DNA from: an uncultured Streptococcus sp.
GTDB taxonomy: Bacteria; Bacillota; Bacilli; Lactobacillales; Streptococcaceae
Assembly: GCA_905373305.1 (NCBI GenBank)
Contig: CAJPSM010000001.1
Location: 168-64,167 of the forward strand
Direction of reading: 5' to 3'
DNA length: 64,000 bases
The notes below the pieces were generated by a model, which had not been told where the DNA came from, did no database searches, and saw nothing but the letters and a program-made list of their open reading frames with translations. The translations under genes were made by a program, and so were the position numbers. Numbering within the stretch: the first letter of the stretch is position 1; the number at the start of each line of letters is the position of its first letter. Positions 54,523 through 64,000 of this stretch are shown one piece after another.

Positions 54523-55230
54523 TTAGAAAGGCAAGCCTAAATTTCGACTAATCAAAACCAGTAAAGCCAGCAAACAAAAGGCGATACCATTGACAATCAT
54601 ATGAAGCAAGATTGACATCTCTAAACGTTCTGTTCTGTAGGCTGTCCAAGTTAAAACTGTCGACATTCCTCCATAGATAAGGAGAGAAGGCAGATTGGTC
54701 GGTGTGTGGAGCAAGGCAAAGACGACTGCACCTACCAGATATCCCAGCTTCTCCTTCCCGCGGAAGATCTTTTTAGGGATAATTCCACGACACAATATTT
54801 CCTCACAAATGGGAGCAATCAGAACCAGTAAGAAAAAACTGGAAATCAGCGAGCTATTCTGAACCAAATTATTAATAGTTGATTGGTTGCTGGTCGTAGA
54901 TTCATTCATCAGACGAAGCAAGGCAGATCCGAATAAGTTACTTGTTAAAATAACCAAATAACTCAAAACCAAGCGGGCCAGATCTTTTGCCTTGAAAAAA
55001 GAAAGATTGAAGTTCGCAATCTCTGTCTTTCGCGCACTAAAGATAAAAACAGTTAGAATAGCAACCGACAGCAAAGCCACTAAGAGTCCTGACTGGAGGA
55101 GCGGGAATTGTTTAGCGGATAAAAGGGCAGATAAAATTAAGGGAAGTTGGGATAATACCAGTCCTATTAAAAAAATCAACACCCATATTCCTCTATCCAG
55201 AATTTCTTGCCAGATACTTTTTTTCTTCAT
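54523..55230 (-). CDS. CAAX protease/CPBP family intramembrane metalloprotease
   Basis: EEILCRG, FALLH, H...N motifs. Confidence 0.92.
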   Translation of the reverse strand: MKKKSIWQEILDRGIWVLIFLIGLVLSQLPLILSALLSAKQFPLLQSGLLVALLSVAILTVFIFSARKTEIANFNLSFFKAKDLARLVLSYLVILTSNLFGSALLRLMNESTTSNQSTINNLVQNSSLISSFFLLVLIAPICEEILCRGIIPKKIFRGKEKLGYLVGAVVFALLHTPTNLPSLLIYGGMSTVLTWTAYRTERLEMSILLHMIVNGIAFCLLALLVLISRNLGLPF

Positions 55231-55283
55231 GATATACCTCCTTATAATAAAAAGGGGAAGACCCCCTTTCTATATTATACCAT

Positions 55284-56702
55284 TTATAGCGCCATGCTGA
55301 TATAATTAAGGATAAACAAGGCATCCAAAATCCAAATCATCACGTGAACATCCTTGGCTTGACCTTTGACAAGTTTTGTCAAGGTGTATGTCAAGAAGCC
55401 AACAGCAATCCCTTGTGTGATAGAGTAGCTGAATCCCATGAAGATGGAGGTGAAGAAGGCAGGAACCGCTTCAGCCATATCATCCCAAGGAATATTTTTC
55501 AAGTTAGAAAGCATCATGATTCCGACAATGATTAAAATTGGTGCTGTTGCAGCTGTTGGAACAATCGCTAGAAGTGGGCTAAAGAAGCTAGATAGGGCAA
55601 AACAGATCGCAACAACTAGGGCTGTCAAACCAGTACGTCCACCAGCACCGATACCCGCCGCGGACTCAACATAGGTCGTAACGTTTGAAGTACCTGCAAT
55701 GGCACCTACTGAAGTTGCCACCAAGTCTGAGTAAAGAGCCTTGTCCAATTTAGCGGACTCATGGTTTTCCCCACTTGTCGCAACGATACCAACTTTTTCA
55801 CCAGTACCGATAAGAGTACCAATTGTGTCAAAAATATCCGTTAGTGAGAAGGCAAGAATAGCCATCAAGGTTTCTGGTAAACGTGAAGTGTTTGATATCA
55901 AAGATCCTAAACCTTCTGAACCAAGAGCAGCACCAAACAAAGTTCCTAGATCATTAACCGCTGATGAAAGGTTGTTGCTAGCAAAGTCAATCCCTGACAA
56001 TTTCACAACACCAACAGCGATGGCAAGAACAGTCGTTGTAAGGATAGAAAGAATGATTCCACCTTTAATTCCTTTAACAACAAAGAAGATAGTAATAGCC
56101 AGACCTGCAAGAGCCACCAATACTGCTGGAGTATTGAAGTCTACCAATCCTGGAACAGCTGCTGAGTTTGCAGTAAGTGCAGCTTGAGCCTTATCTGCTC
56201 CTTCACCTGCTACAGTATAAGTACCTGGATCAATCGAGAATTTCAAGAGACCAGCATTCTTAATCCCTACATAGGCAAGGAAAACACCAATACCAGCTGA
56301 AATGGCAGAACGAAGTGTTGTAGGAATAGATTCTATGATCATTTTACGAACATTTGTCAAGGTAATAATCAGTGAAATAATTCCACAAATGAAGACCATA
56401 CCAAGAGCTTCTTTCCAAGTATAGCCCATCCCAAATACAACTGTAAAGGTAAAGAAGGCGTTCAATCCCATACCTGGTGCTTGTGCATACGGCAAATTAG
56501 CATAAAAAGCCATCATCAAGGTACCGACTACAGAACCGATAATCGTTGCCAAGAATACACCTTGTACAGGCATGCCAGTCTGTGAAAGCATTTGTGGGTT
56601 TACAAAGAGAATATAGCTCATTGCAAAGAAAGTTGTTAAACCAGCAAGCACCTCTGTACGGACATCTGTCCCGTGCTCTTTTAGTTTAAATAGTTTGTCC
56701 AT
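55284..56702 (-). CDS. NCS2/AzgA family purine permease (PbuG-like)
   Basis: AGLTTFFAMSYI, APGMGLNAFF, DTIGT, YVESAAG..GGRTG. Start set at ATG 56702. Confidence 0.92.
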   Translation of the reverse strand: MDKLFKLKEHGTDVRTEVLAGLTTFFAMSYILFVNPQMLSQTGMPVQGVFLATIIGSVVGTLMMAFYANLPYAQAPGMGLNAFFTFTVVFGMGYTWKEALGMVFICGIISLIITLTNVRKMIIESIPTTLRSAISAGIGVFLAYVGIKNAGLLKFSIDPGTYTVAGEGADKAQAALTANSAAVPGLVDFNTPAVLVALAGLAITIFFVVKGIKGGIILSILTTTVLAIAVGVVKLSGIDFASNNLSSAVNDLGTLFGAALGSEGLGSLISNTSRLPETLMAILAFSLTDIFDTIGTLIGTGEKVGIVATSGENHESAKLDKALYSDLVATSVGAIAGTSNVTTYVESAAGIGAGGRTGLTALVVAICFALSSFFSPLLAIVPTAATAPILIIVGIMMLSNLKNIPWDDMAEAVPAFFTSIFMGFSYSITQGIAVGFLTYTLTKLVKGQAKDVHVMIWILDALFILNYISMAL

Positions 56703-56888
56703 TATAAATCTCCTTTTGTTTTTTACGAACAATATGAGTATTATAACATTTATTATTCACCTTTTCAATATGTTTGTTTGATTTATTTAACAAAATGAAA
56801 TGTTTATTTTTTGTTTTGAGTCTGTTTTTCTTCTTTCTTTTTGATATAATAGTAGACATCTTATCTGGAATCTACTAGGAAGGTTTAT

Positions 56889-57701
56889 ATGACTAAAAAA
56901 ATTATCGCAGTCGATTTGGACGGAACCCTGCTCAATGGTGAAAGTAAGCTCTCCGATTTTACCAAAAAGACAATCAAAAAAATTACTGAAAAGGGACACC
57001 ATGTTGTCATCACGACAGGTCGTCCTTATCGTATGGCAAAAGAATTTTATCAGGAACTAGAGCTGCACACACCTATGATCAACTTCAACGGTTCCCTTAC
57101 TCATCTACCAGGACAGACTTGGGAGCATGAAAAGTGCCTGACCTTAGATAAAAAATACCTCTTGGATATGGTCAAACGCAAAGAGGATATCCAAGCTGAC
57201 TTCATTGCAGGAGAATACCGCAAGAAATTTTATATCACGGCTCCTAATGAAGAAATTGCCAATCCCAAACTATTTGGTGTAGAAAATTTCCAACCAGAAA
57301 ATCAATTCAAATCCGAATTGGTAACCAAGGACCCTAACTGTATCCTTTTGCAAACAAGAGTCGATGATAAATACGCGCTAGCAGATGAGATGAATCGTTT
57401 TTACCAACACCAACTATCCATCAATACCTGGGGAGGCCCCCTCAACATTCTCGAGTGTACTCCTAAGGGGGTCAACAAGGCTTTTGCTTTAGAGTACTTA
57501 CTCAATGTTATGAACCGAGACAGACAAGATTTGATTGCCTTTGGAGATGAACATAATGACACCGAAATGCTGGCTTTTGCAGGCAAGGGTTATGCTATGA
57601 AAAATGCCAATCCCGATTTGCTACCGTATGCTGATGAGCAACTCTCTCTGACAAATGATGAAGATGGTGTTGCCCATACCCTACAAGATTTATTCCTATA
57701 A
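56889..57701 (+). CDS. Cof-type HAD-IIB hydrolase
   Basis: DLDGTLL, TTGR, NK, FGDEHND. Confidence 0.93.
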   Translation: MTKKIIAVDLDGTLLNGESKLSDFTKKTIKKITEKGHHVVITTGRPYRMAKEFYQELELHTPMINFNGSLTHLPGQTWEHEKCLTLDKKYLLDMVKRKEDIQADFIAGEYRKKFYITAPNEEIANPKLFGVENFQPENQFKSELVTKDPNCILLQTRVDDKYALADEMNRFYQHQLSINTWGGPLNILECTPKGVNKAFALEYLLNVMNRDRQDLIAFGDEHNDTEMLAFAGKGYAMKNANPDLLPYADEQLSLTNDEDGVAHTLQDLFL

Positions 57702-57885
57702 CACTCAAAAAGTTAGCTTGTGCTAACTTTTTAATTTTCACAAATTTTCAATTCATCGGCCTATTTTCATTTTTTTATATTAAATTACTTCCTTATCTTT
57801 TTATACATTCCTACAAAAATGTTTATATATTAACATTTTGTAAGCGAATTTTCATCGAAAACCAATACATATTTATAAGAAATGG

Positions 57886-57941
57886 TTGCTTTTTGTTTGA
57901 AAACGGTTTATACTTAAAGTTAGGCTTAAAGTTTTCTTAAA
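57886..57941 (+). promoter_or_regulatory. manLMN promoter with cre site and CiaR box
   Basis: TTGCTT (57886-57891), 17 bp, TATACT (57909-57914). cre TGAAAACGGTTTAT at 57898-57911. TTTAAG-N5-TTTAAG on the minus strand at 57925-57941. Confidence 0.8.
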
Positions 57942-57977
57942 CATACAGTCAAACATTTTAAAGGAGGAATGACAATA

Positions 57978-58967
57978 ATGAGTATCGGAATCATTATTGC
58001 GAGCCACGGCGAATTTGCTGCGGGTATTCATCAGTCAGGATCTATGATCTTTGGTGAACAAGAAAAGGTTCAAGTTGTAACCTTTATGCCAAATGAAGGT
58101 CCAGATGACCTTTACGCTAAATTCAACAACGCTGTGGCTGCATTTGACGCAGAAGATGAGGTTCTAGTATTGGCTGACCTTTGGAGTGGATCTCCATTCA
58201 ACCAAGCTAGCCGCGTGATGGGAGAAAATCCTGAGCGTAAGTTTGCCATCATCACAGGGCTTAACTTGCCGATGTTGATCCAAGCCTACACTGAGCGCCT
58301 TATGGATGCTACTGCAGGTGTGGATAAAGTCGCTGCGAACATCATTAAAGAAGCCAAGGATGGCATCAAGGCTCTTCCAGAAGAGCTTAACCCAGTTGAG
58401 GAAGGGGCTAGTGCTGCGGCTGCTCCAGTTGCCCAAGCTGCGATCCCAGAAGGAACAGTTATCGGAGACGGTAAATTGAAAATCAATCTTGCCCGTCTTG
58501 ACACACGTCTTCTTCACGGACAAGTCGCAACTGCTTGGACTCCAGATTCAAAAGCAGATCGTATCATCGTTGCTTCAGACAATGTTGCAAATGATGAGTT
58601 GCGTAAAGAATTGATCAAACAAGCAGCTCCTAACGGAGTAAAAGCCAACGTTGTACCAATCAAAAAATTGATTGAGGTTGCAAAAGATCCTCGTTTTGGT
58701 AACACACATGCTCTTATCTTGTTTGAAACACCTCAAGATGCCCTTCGTGCCATCGAAGGTGGCGTGCCAATCAAGACCCTTAACGTTGGTTCTATGGCTC
58801 ACTCAACAGGTAAAACAATGATTAACAACGTTTTGTCTATGGATAAAGAAGACGTTGCAACCTTTGAAAAAATGCGTGACCTCGGTGTTGAATTTGATGT
58901 ACGTAAAGTACCAAACGACACGAAAAAAGATTTGTTTGACTTGATTAACAAAGCGAACGTTCAATAA
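57978..58967 (+). CDS. manL: PTS mannose/glucose EIIAB
   Basis: [13 protein letters not shown], Ala/Pro-rich linker, [11 protein letters not shown]. Start set at ATG 57978 after GGAGG. Confidence 0.96.
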   Translation: MSIGIIIASHGEFAAGIHQSGSMIFGEQEKVQVVTFMPNEGPDDLYAKFNNAVAAFDAEDEVLVLADLWSGSPFNQASRVMGENPERKFAIITGLNLPMLIQAYTERLMDATAGVDKVAANIIKEAKDGIKALPEELNPVEEGASAAAAPVAQAAIPEGTVIGDGKLKINLARLDTRLLHGQVATAWTPDSKADRIIVASDNVANDELRKELIKQAAPNGVKANVVPIKKLIEVAKDPRFGNTHALILFETPQDALRAIEGGVPIKTLNVGSMAHSTGKTMINNVLSMDKEDVATFEKMRDLGVEFDVRKVPNDTKKDLFDLINKANVQ

Positions 58968-59044
58968 TTAGAATCTTCTTCTCTCGAACTCTTGGAAGAA
59001 AGATTTTACACTTTATTATAATTAAATAGAAAAGGAATAAAACC

Positions 59045-59857
59045 ATGTCAGATATTTCAATCATTTCTGCTATCTTGGTTGTAGTTGTTGCCTTCCTTGC
59101 AGGTCTTGAAGGTATCCTCGACCAATTCCAATTCCATCAACCAATCGTCGCATGTACCCTTATCGGACTTGCAACTGGTAACCTCGAAGCAGGTGTTATG
59201 CTTGGTGGATCTCTTCAAATGATCGCTCTTGGTTGGGCAAACATCGGAGCTGCCGTAGCTCCTGACGCTGCTCTTGCATCTGTTGCCGCAGCAATCATCT
59301 TGATCAAAGGTGGTAACTTTACTACTGAAGGTATCGCCGTTGCAACAGCAACAGCTATCCCTCTTGCCGTAGCTGGACTTTTCTTGACTATGATTGTTCG
59401 TACAATCTCAGTTGGTTTGGTTCACACTGCAGATGCTGCCGCTAAAGAAGGAAATATTGCAGCTGTTGAACGTGCTCACTTTATCGCACTTCTTCTTCAA
59501 GGTCTTCGTATTGCAATCCCTGCAGCCTTCCTTATCGCTATCCCAGCTTCTGCCGTTCAAGATGCTCTTAAATTGATGCCAGAATGGTTGAATGGTGGTA
59601 TGGCTGTTGGTGGTGCTATGGTCGTTGCCGTTGGTTACGCTATGGTTATCAACATGATGGCAACTCGTGAAGTATGGCCATTCTTCGCTATCGGTTTCGC
59701 TCTTGCAGCAATTTCTCAATTGACTTTGATTGCCCTTGGTGTCATCGGTGTTGCCCTTGCCTTCATCTACCTTAACCTTACAAAACAAGGTGGAAACGGT
59801 GGCGGTGGAGCTGCGACTTCTAACGACCCAATCGGTGATATCCTAGAAGACTACTAG
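59045..59857 (+). CDS. manM: PTS mannose EIIC
   Basis: QPIVAC, IGAAVAPD, AVGYAMV. Confidence 0.96.
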   Translation: MSDISIISAILVVVVAFLAGLEGILDQFQFHQPIVACTLIGLATGNLEAGVMLGGSLQMIALGWANIGAAVAPDAALASVAAAIILIKGGNFTTEGIAVATATAIPLAVAGLFLTMIVRTISVGLVHTADAAAKEGNIAAVERAHFIALLLQGLRIAIPAAFLIAIPASAVQDALKLMPEWLNGGMAVGGAMVVAVGYAMVINMMATREVWPFFAIGFALAAISQLTLIALGVIGVALAFIYLNLTKQGGNGGGGAATSNDPIGDILEDY

Positions 59858-59871
59858 AAAGGGGAACAATC

Positions 59872-60783
59872 ATGGCTGAAAAAATTCAATTATCAAAATC
59901 AGATCGTCAAAAAGTTTGGTGGCGTTCACAATTCCTTCAAGGTTCTTGGAACTACGAACGTATGCAAAACTTGGGTTGGGCTTACTCTTTGATCCCAGCT
60001 ATCAAAAAATTGTACACTAAAAAAGAAGACCAAGCGGCTGCTCTTGAGCGTCACCTTGAGTTCTTCAACACTCACCCATACGTAGCTGCTCCAATCATGG
60101 GGGTTACTCTTGCACTTGAAGAAGAGCGCGCTAACGGTGTTGAAATCGACGACGCGGCTATCCAAGGGGTTAAGATCGGTATGATGGGACCTCTTGCTGG
60201 TATCGGTGACCCAGTATTCTGGTTTACAGTTCGTCCTATCCTTGGAGCTCTTGGTGCATCACTTGCTGCATCTGGTAATCTTGTTGGTCCCCTTCTCTTC
60301 TTCTTCGGATGGAATGCTATCCGTATGGCCTTCCTATGGTACACACAAGAGTTCGGTTACAAAGCTGGATCTGAAATCACTAAAGACATGTCTGGTGGTA
60401 TCTTGAAAGACATCACTAAAGGAGCATCTATCCTTGGTATGTTCATCCTTGCCGTTCTTGTACAACGTTGGGTGTCGATTAACTTTACTGTTAACCTTCC
60501 AGGTAAACAATTGGCTGAAGGTGCCTACATCAACTTCCCAGAAGGACCTGTATCAGGTGCTGAATTGAAAGGTATCCTTGGTCAAGCACTTGGTGGATTG
60601 AGCTTAGACAAGATTCAACCACAAACTCTCCAAGGCCAGTTGAACTCATTAATCCCAGGATTGATGGGACTTCTCCTTACTTTCCTCTGCATGTGGTTGC
60701 TTAAGAAAAAAGTATCACCAATCGCAATCATCCTTGCACTCTTTGCTGTAGGTATTGCAGCTCGTTTCTTCGGTATCATGTAA
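59872..60783 (+). CDS. manN: PTS mannose EIID
   Basis: WNYERMQ, FFNTHP, MGPLAGIGD. Confidence 0.96.
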   Translation: MAEKIQLSKSDRQKVWWRSQFLQGSWNYERMQNLGWAYSLIPAIKKLYTKKEDQAAALERHLEFFNTHPYVAAPIMGVTLALEEERANGVEIDDAAIQGVKIGMMGPLAGIGDPVFWFTVRPILGALGASLAASGNLVGPLLFFFGWNAIRMAFLWYTQEFGYKAGSEITKDMSGGILKDITKGASILGMFILAVLVQRWVSINFTVNLPGKQLAEGAYINFPEGPVSGAELKGILGQALGGLSLDKIQPQTLQGQLNSLIPGLMGLLLTFLCMWLLKKKVSPIAIILALFAVGIAARFFGIM

Positions 60784-60806
60784 TCCAAGGGATTGAAGAT
60801 ATATAT

Positions 60807-60840
60807 AAAAAAGAATCAGGATTACATCCTGATTCTTTTT
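60807..60840. terminator. Bidirectional terminator between manN and the P-type ATPase
   Basis: AAAAAAGAATCAGGAT-TAC-ATCCTGATTCTTTTT. Confidence 0.88.
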
Positions 60841-60845
60841 GCGTG

Positions 60846-63074
60846 TCAACTTTTTCTTCTAGTCAGATAATGCAAGCCCCCAATCACTACTGTTAGGATG
60901 GCAACATAGAGCACTTGAGCGGTTTCTAAAGGTACAAAAGCTCCTTGCAGGATAAAGGTATTGACAAGCACACCTACTAGGGCTGCAAGGCTCAAAAACG
61001 CGAGCAAGACTAGTTTGTATCGATTAAAAGGCAGGCTGACCTTGGCAACCAGACACAGGCCATTGACCAAAGCAAGGAGGAAGCAAATAAATTTGACCTG
61101 ACCTGGGACAGTGATAAAGAAATTGGTCAAAAGAACACTAGCAACCAGAATACCTCCACCAATCGCAGCATTGGTCAAGATATCTCTCATAAAATGTGTG
61201 CTGACCTTTTCTTTATTGGACTCAAAAGTTAGGAAGAAGGATGGAATCCCAATCGTAATGGCTGAAATGATTGTAAACTGAATGGGGATAAAGGCAAATT
61301 CCAAACCAAATATCACACTTAGAATCGCAAATACAATGGAAAAGAAAGTCTTTGTTAGAAAGAGGGAGGCTACTTTTTGGATGTTATTGATAACCCGGCG
61401 ACCTTCCATCAAGATATCATAAAATACTGCAAAATTATCAGTGAGAAAGACGATGTTGGAGACGCTTTTGGCTGCACTCGTGGCACCATTCATAGCGAAA
61501 CTGATATCTGCTTTCTTGAGAGCTAGAACATCATTGACTCCATCACCGCTCATAGCAACTGTTTTACCAGCATTTTGCAAAACGGTCACCATCTTTTCTT
61601 TCTGCTCAGGAGTCACGCGTCCAAAGATATCGTGTTCCAAGACCACTCTTTCAAAGTCCTCATCACTCACCTTGGTCATATCAATTGCTCGCGCTGATTC
61701 TTTAAATCCTGCTTTACGAGCCACCCCATATACAGCCACATGATTATCCCCACTGATAATCTTCACTTCAACACCTTGTGACTCGAAATAATCAAAGGTT
61801 TCCTTGGTATTATCCTTGATCTCATCTGACAGAACGACATGCCCTAATAGTTCCATATTGGCTGGGCTCGTAATCTGGTCCTTGCTATGGGCAAGCGATA
61901 AGATTCGAAAACCTTGCTGTTTTAGATGTTCATAGTAAGGATCCATCGCTTGGGTAAAGCCTAGAAACTCATAAGCCCCGAAGAAATAGGTCCCGCCCTC
62001 TTTTACTTGGACAAAGGAATACTTGTTTTTACTTGAATAGGCACCAACTTCTTGGACTTCCCACTTTTTCTCACAGGTTAAGTAAGTCTTCAGAGCTCGT
62101 GAAGTTGCATTTTCATCCTCAAAATAAGCTAGATAAGAGGACAGTTTCTCTGCTAACTTCTCATCCATTTCTTGGACCTTCATATTACCAGTCGTGATGG
62201 TTCCTGTCTTATCAAAACAAAGAACATCTACACGCGCCAAGGTCTCCACACAGTATAGTTCCTGCACCAGAACCTTCTTTTTAGCCAGCTTCATGGCCGC
62301 TACCGCTAGGGAGACGCTAACTAGGAGAATCAATCCCTCTGGAATCATGCCGACCAAGGCACCAGAACTTCCCAAGACAATCTCAACATAAGTCCGCCCT
62401 AGACTAAAGCCTCTGACATAGAGCAGAATGGCAACTGGCACCAGCAAGATGGAGACGATTTTTAAAATCTTATCCATATAATCGCGCAGTTGAGAGGGGT
62501 ATTTTTTGAATTCCTTGCTGGATTTTGCAAGTTTATTGATATAGCTGTCAGGACCCACAGCCGTAGCATGGACTAGACAAGTACCGCTGACAACATTGCT
62601 TCCGCTCATCAGCTTGTCACCAACTGTTTTAAGGACAGAATCACTCTCACCCGTCAGCAAGGACTCGTCTACTTCGATCGTTCCTTCAAGCACTTCTGCA
62701 TCTACAGGCACCTGATCTCCCAGATTGAGATGCAGATACTCGCCCAGAACGATGTCCTCCGGAGCAATCTCAATCGTTTGACCATCTCGATTGACTCTGT
62801 ACTTACTTTTACCAAGCAAACTTAGCTTTTCCAAAGCATTTTTTGAACGTACTTCTTGGAAAATCCCGATGGCTGTATTGATAGCAATCACACCTAAAAA
62901 GAGCATATTTTCAAATCGCAAGGTTGTCGCTACCAGAACTGCCAGAGCCAAGTTCATGGCATTAAAGAAGGTAAAGATATTTGAAACGACGATTTCCTTG
63001 GTTGTTTTATAAGGTTTAATGTCACTAATATTTCGTTGACGATCCTTGATGTCTTGACTGCTTAAATACTTCAT
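60846..63074 (-). CDS. Cation-transporting P-type ATPase (CtpE-like)
   Basis: DESLLTGES, IPEGL, DKTGT, SGD, GDGVND. Start set at ATG 63074 after GGAG. Confidence 0.9.
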   Translation of the reverse strand: MKYLSSQDIKDRQRNISDIKPYKTTKEIVVSNIFTFFNAMNLALAVLVATTLRFENMLFLGVIAINTAIGIFQEVRSKNALEKLSLLGKSKYRVNRDGQTIEIAPEDIVLGEYLHLNLGDQVPVDAEVLEGTIEVDESLLTGESDSVLKTVGDKLMSGSNVVSGTCLVHATAVGPDSYINKLAKSSKEFKKYPSQLRDYMDKILKIVSILLVPVAILLYVRGFSLGRTYVEIVLGSSGALVGMIPEGLILLVSVSLAVAAMKLAKKKVLVQELYCVETLARVDVLCFDKTGTITTGNMKVQEMDEKLAEKLSSYLAYFEDENATSRALKTYLTCEKKWEVQEVGAYSSKNKYSFVQVKEGGTYFFGAYEFLGFTQAMDPYYEHLKQQGFRILSLAHSKDQITSPANMELLGHVVLSDEIKDNTKETFDYFESQGVEVKIISGDNHVAVYGVARKAGFKESARAIDMTKVSDEDFERVVLEHDIFGRVTPEQKEKMVTVLQNAGKTVAMSGDGVNDVLALKKADISFAMNGATSAAKSVSNIVFLTDNFAVFYDILMEGRRVINNIQKVASLFLTKTFFSIVFAILSVIFGLEFAFIPIQFTIISAITIGIPSFFLTFESNKEKVSTHFMRDILTNAAIGGGILVASVLLTNFFITVPGQVKFICFLLALVNGLCLVAKVSLPFNRYKLVLLAFLSLAALVGVLVNTFILQGAFVPLETAQVLYVAILTVVIGGLHYLTRRKS

Positions 63075-63237
63075 TTCTACTCCGATATCCTTTTGTACTG
63101 CTATAGTAACACATATCTTTTCCTCTGTCACTTAAAGACTCAAAATAAGAAGAACTCCATTGGCAAGCATCATCTATCGCTACTTTAAGAGAACTTAAAA
63201 AGAGGCTAGAATTCCCCTAACCTCTTTTCTCTATGCT

Positions 63238-64000
63238 TTATTCTGCCAAGGCTCCCATTGGATCCCAAGGTGCGAGCACAATTGGTTCTGCTTCATAAGC
63301 AACTTGTTCATCTGCTGTTAGCAATTCTTTACGAACAACGATTTGGTAGGTGTATTCGTCCATCCAAGCGTCTGAGGCAACAAAGTAACCATCTGTACCG
63401 ACCTTGTCTCCCCAAGAGTTTTCAACCTTCCACTTGGTTGACTTGCCGTTTTCATCCAAGTCCACACCTGTCAAGACCATGGCGTGAGTCATCAAACTTT
63501 CGTTGTAGTCCAAACGTCCTGCTTTATCTTGTGTCAAATGAATATCCATACTAGATACAAAGTCATATACATCTGTCGCAAGAATCCCTGCTTTACGGTT
63601 GCTGAGTTGACCGACATCTGAACCAAACCAAACAGTCTCTCCTGTTTGCATTTGGGCAATCGCCAATTCTTTCAAGCGCTCCATCGGTACGTTGATATAA
63701 CGAACAGCACGGCTACCAACCACATTTCCCAACATCTCAACTGTGTAAGATTTACCGTAAGGCTTGTCAGCAGTTGGAGCATTGATAACAGAAACATAAT
63801 CTTCTAGAGGAAGATTAACATATTTCTTGTAAAACTCTTGTGGAGTAATACCCTTTTCGCTTTGGTAATTGTTGTCTTTATCGCGATAAGCAAAGTCAAA
63901 CTGCCGTGGTGGAAGACCCAAAGACATGGCAAGGAAGTTAAAGATTTCTTGCAAGAGCTCTTCTTTCTTAGCTTGAACAGTCGCTTGGTCAGCCCCAGAA
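63238..64000 (-). CDS. pepC: Cysteine aminopeptidase C (bleomycin hydrolase family), 3' part; the start is beyond the window
   Basis: VWFGSDV, MTHAMVLTG, WKVENSWG, C-terminal WDPMGALA; the frame is open to the right edge. Confidence 0.95.
   Translation of the reverse strand, partial: SGADQATVQAKKEELLQEIFNFLAMSLGLPPRQFDFAYRDKDNNYQSEKGITPQEFYKKYVNLPLEDYVSVINAPTADKPYGKSYTVEMLGNVVGSRAVRYINVPMERLKELAIAQMQTGETVWFGSDVGQLSNRKAGILATDVYDFVSSMDIHLTQDKAGRLDYNESLMTHAMVLTGVDLDENGKSTKWKVENSWGDKVGTDGYFVASDAWMDEYTYQIVVRKELLTADEQVAYEAEPIVLAPWDPMGALAE

Noticed and set aside
63184..63200. TTTAAG-N5-TTAAAG resembling a CiaR box upstream of the P-type ATPase
   Set aside because: The second half-site is imperfect, no -10 lies at the expected distance, and it overlaps the T tract of the pepC terminator.

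Overview
A mostly core-genome 64 kb segment from a mitis-group Streptococcus, S. oralis/mitis-like. This is inferred from a BOX repeat, the ami, sul and manLMN operons, endA-epuA, and ComE- and CiaR-type operators. Left to right: rplM start and leader RNA; a NatAB/QsrAB-type ABC exporter; T-box-pheS-GNAT-pheT; FMN riboswitch-ribU-PAP2; trmL with a leader RNA; trkAH; amiACDEF (amiA frameshifted); tRNA-Cys; the hemolysin/CBS-endA-murA-coaD-asnA-yidC-pflA-lysA-purR-yhaM-rmuC-thiN-rpe-rsgA-ksgA-rnmV-tatD block; a KimA-like permease; rpmH; alaA; USP; a Cof/NTP-PPase fusion; asparaginase; ccpA; the folate (sul) operon; an NCS2 permease; manLMN; a P-type ATPase; and the 3' part of pepC. I found no transposase, integrase, prophage, CRISPR array, rRNA or recognisable defence island, and I cannot support a large novel multi-gene system. 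The best leads are small-scale. (1) A degenerate 48-bp copy of the ksgA start flanks an orphan gene, suggesting cassette accretion at ksgA. (2) An FMN riboswitch carries a ~225-nt insertion containing a BOX element. (3) A membrane protein with a possible permuted papain-like His/Cys domain sits at the end of the folate operon. (4) Two genes are broken by 1-bp homopolymer frameshifts. (5) Three genes look leaderless. (6) A possible integration scar follows tRNA-Cys. All gene names come from recognising motifs by eye; no searches were run.
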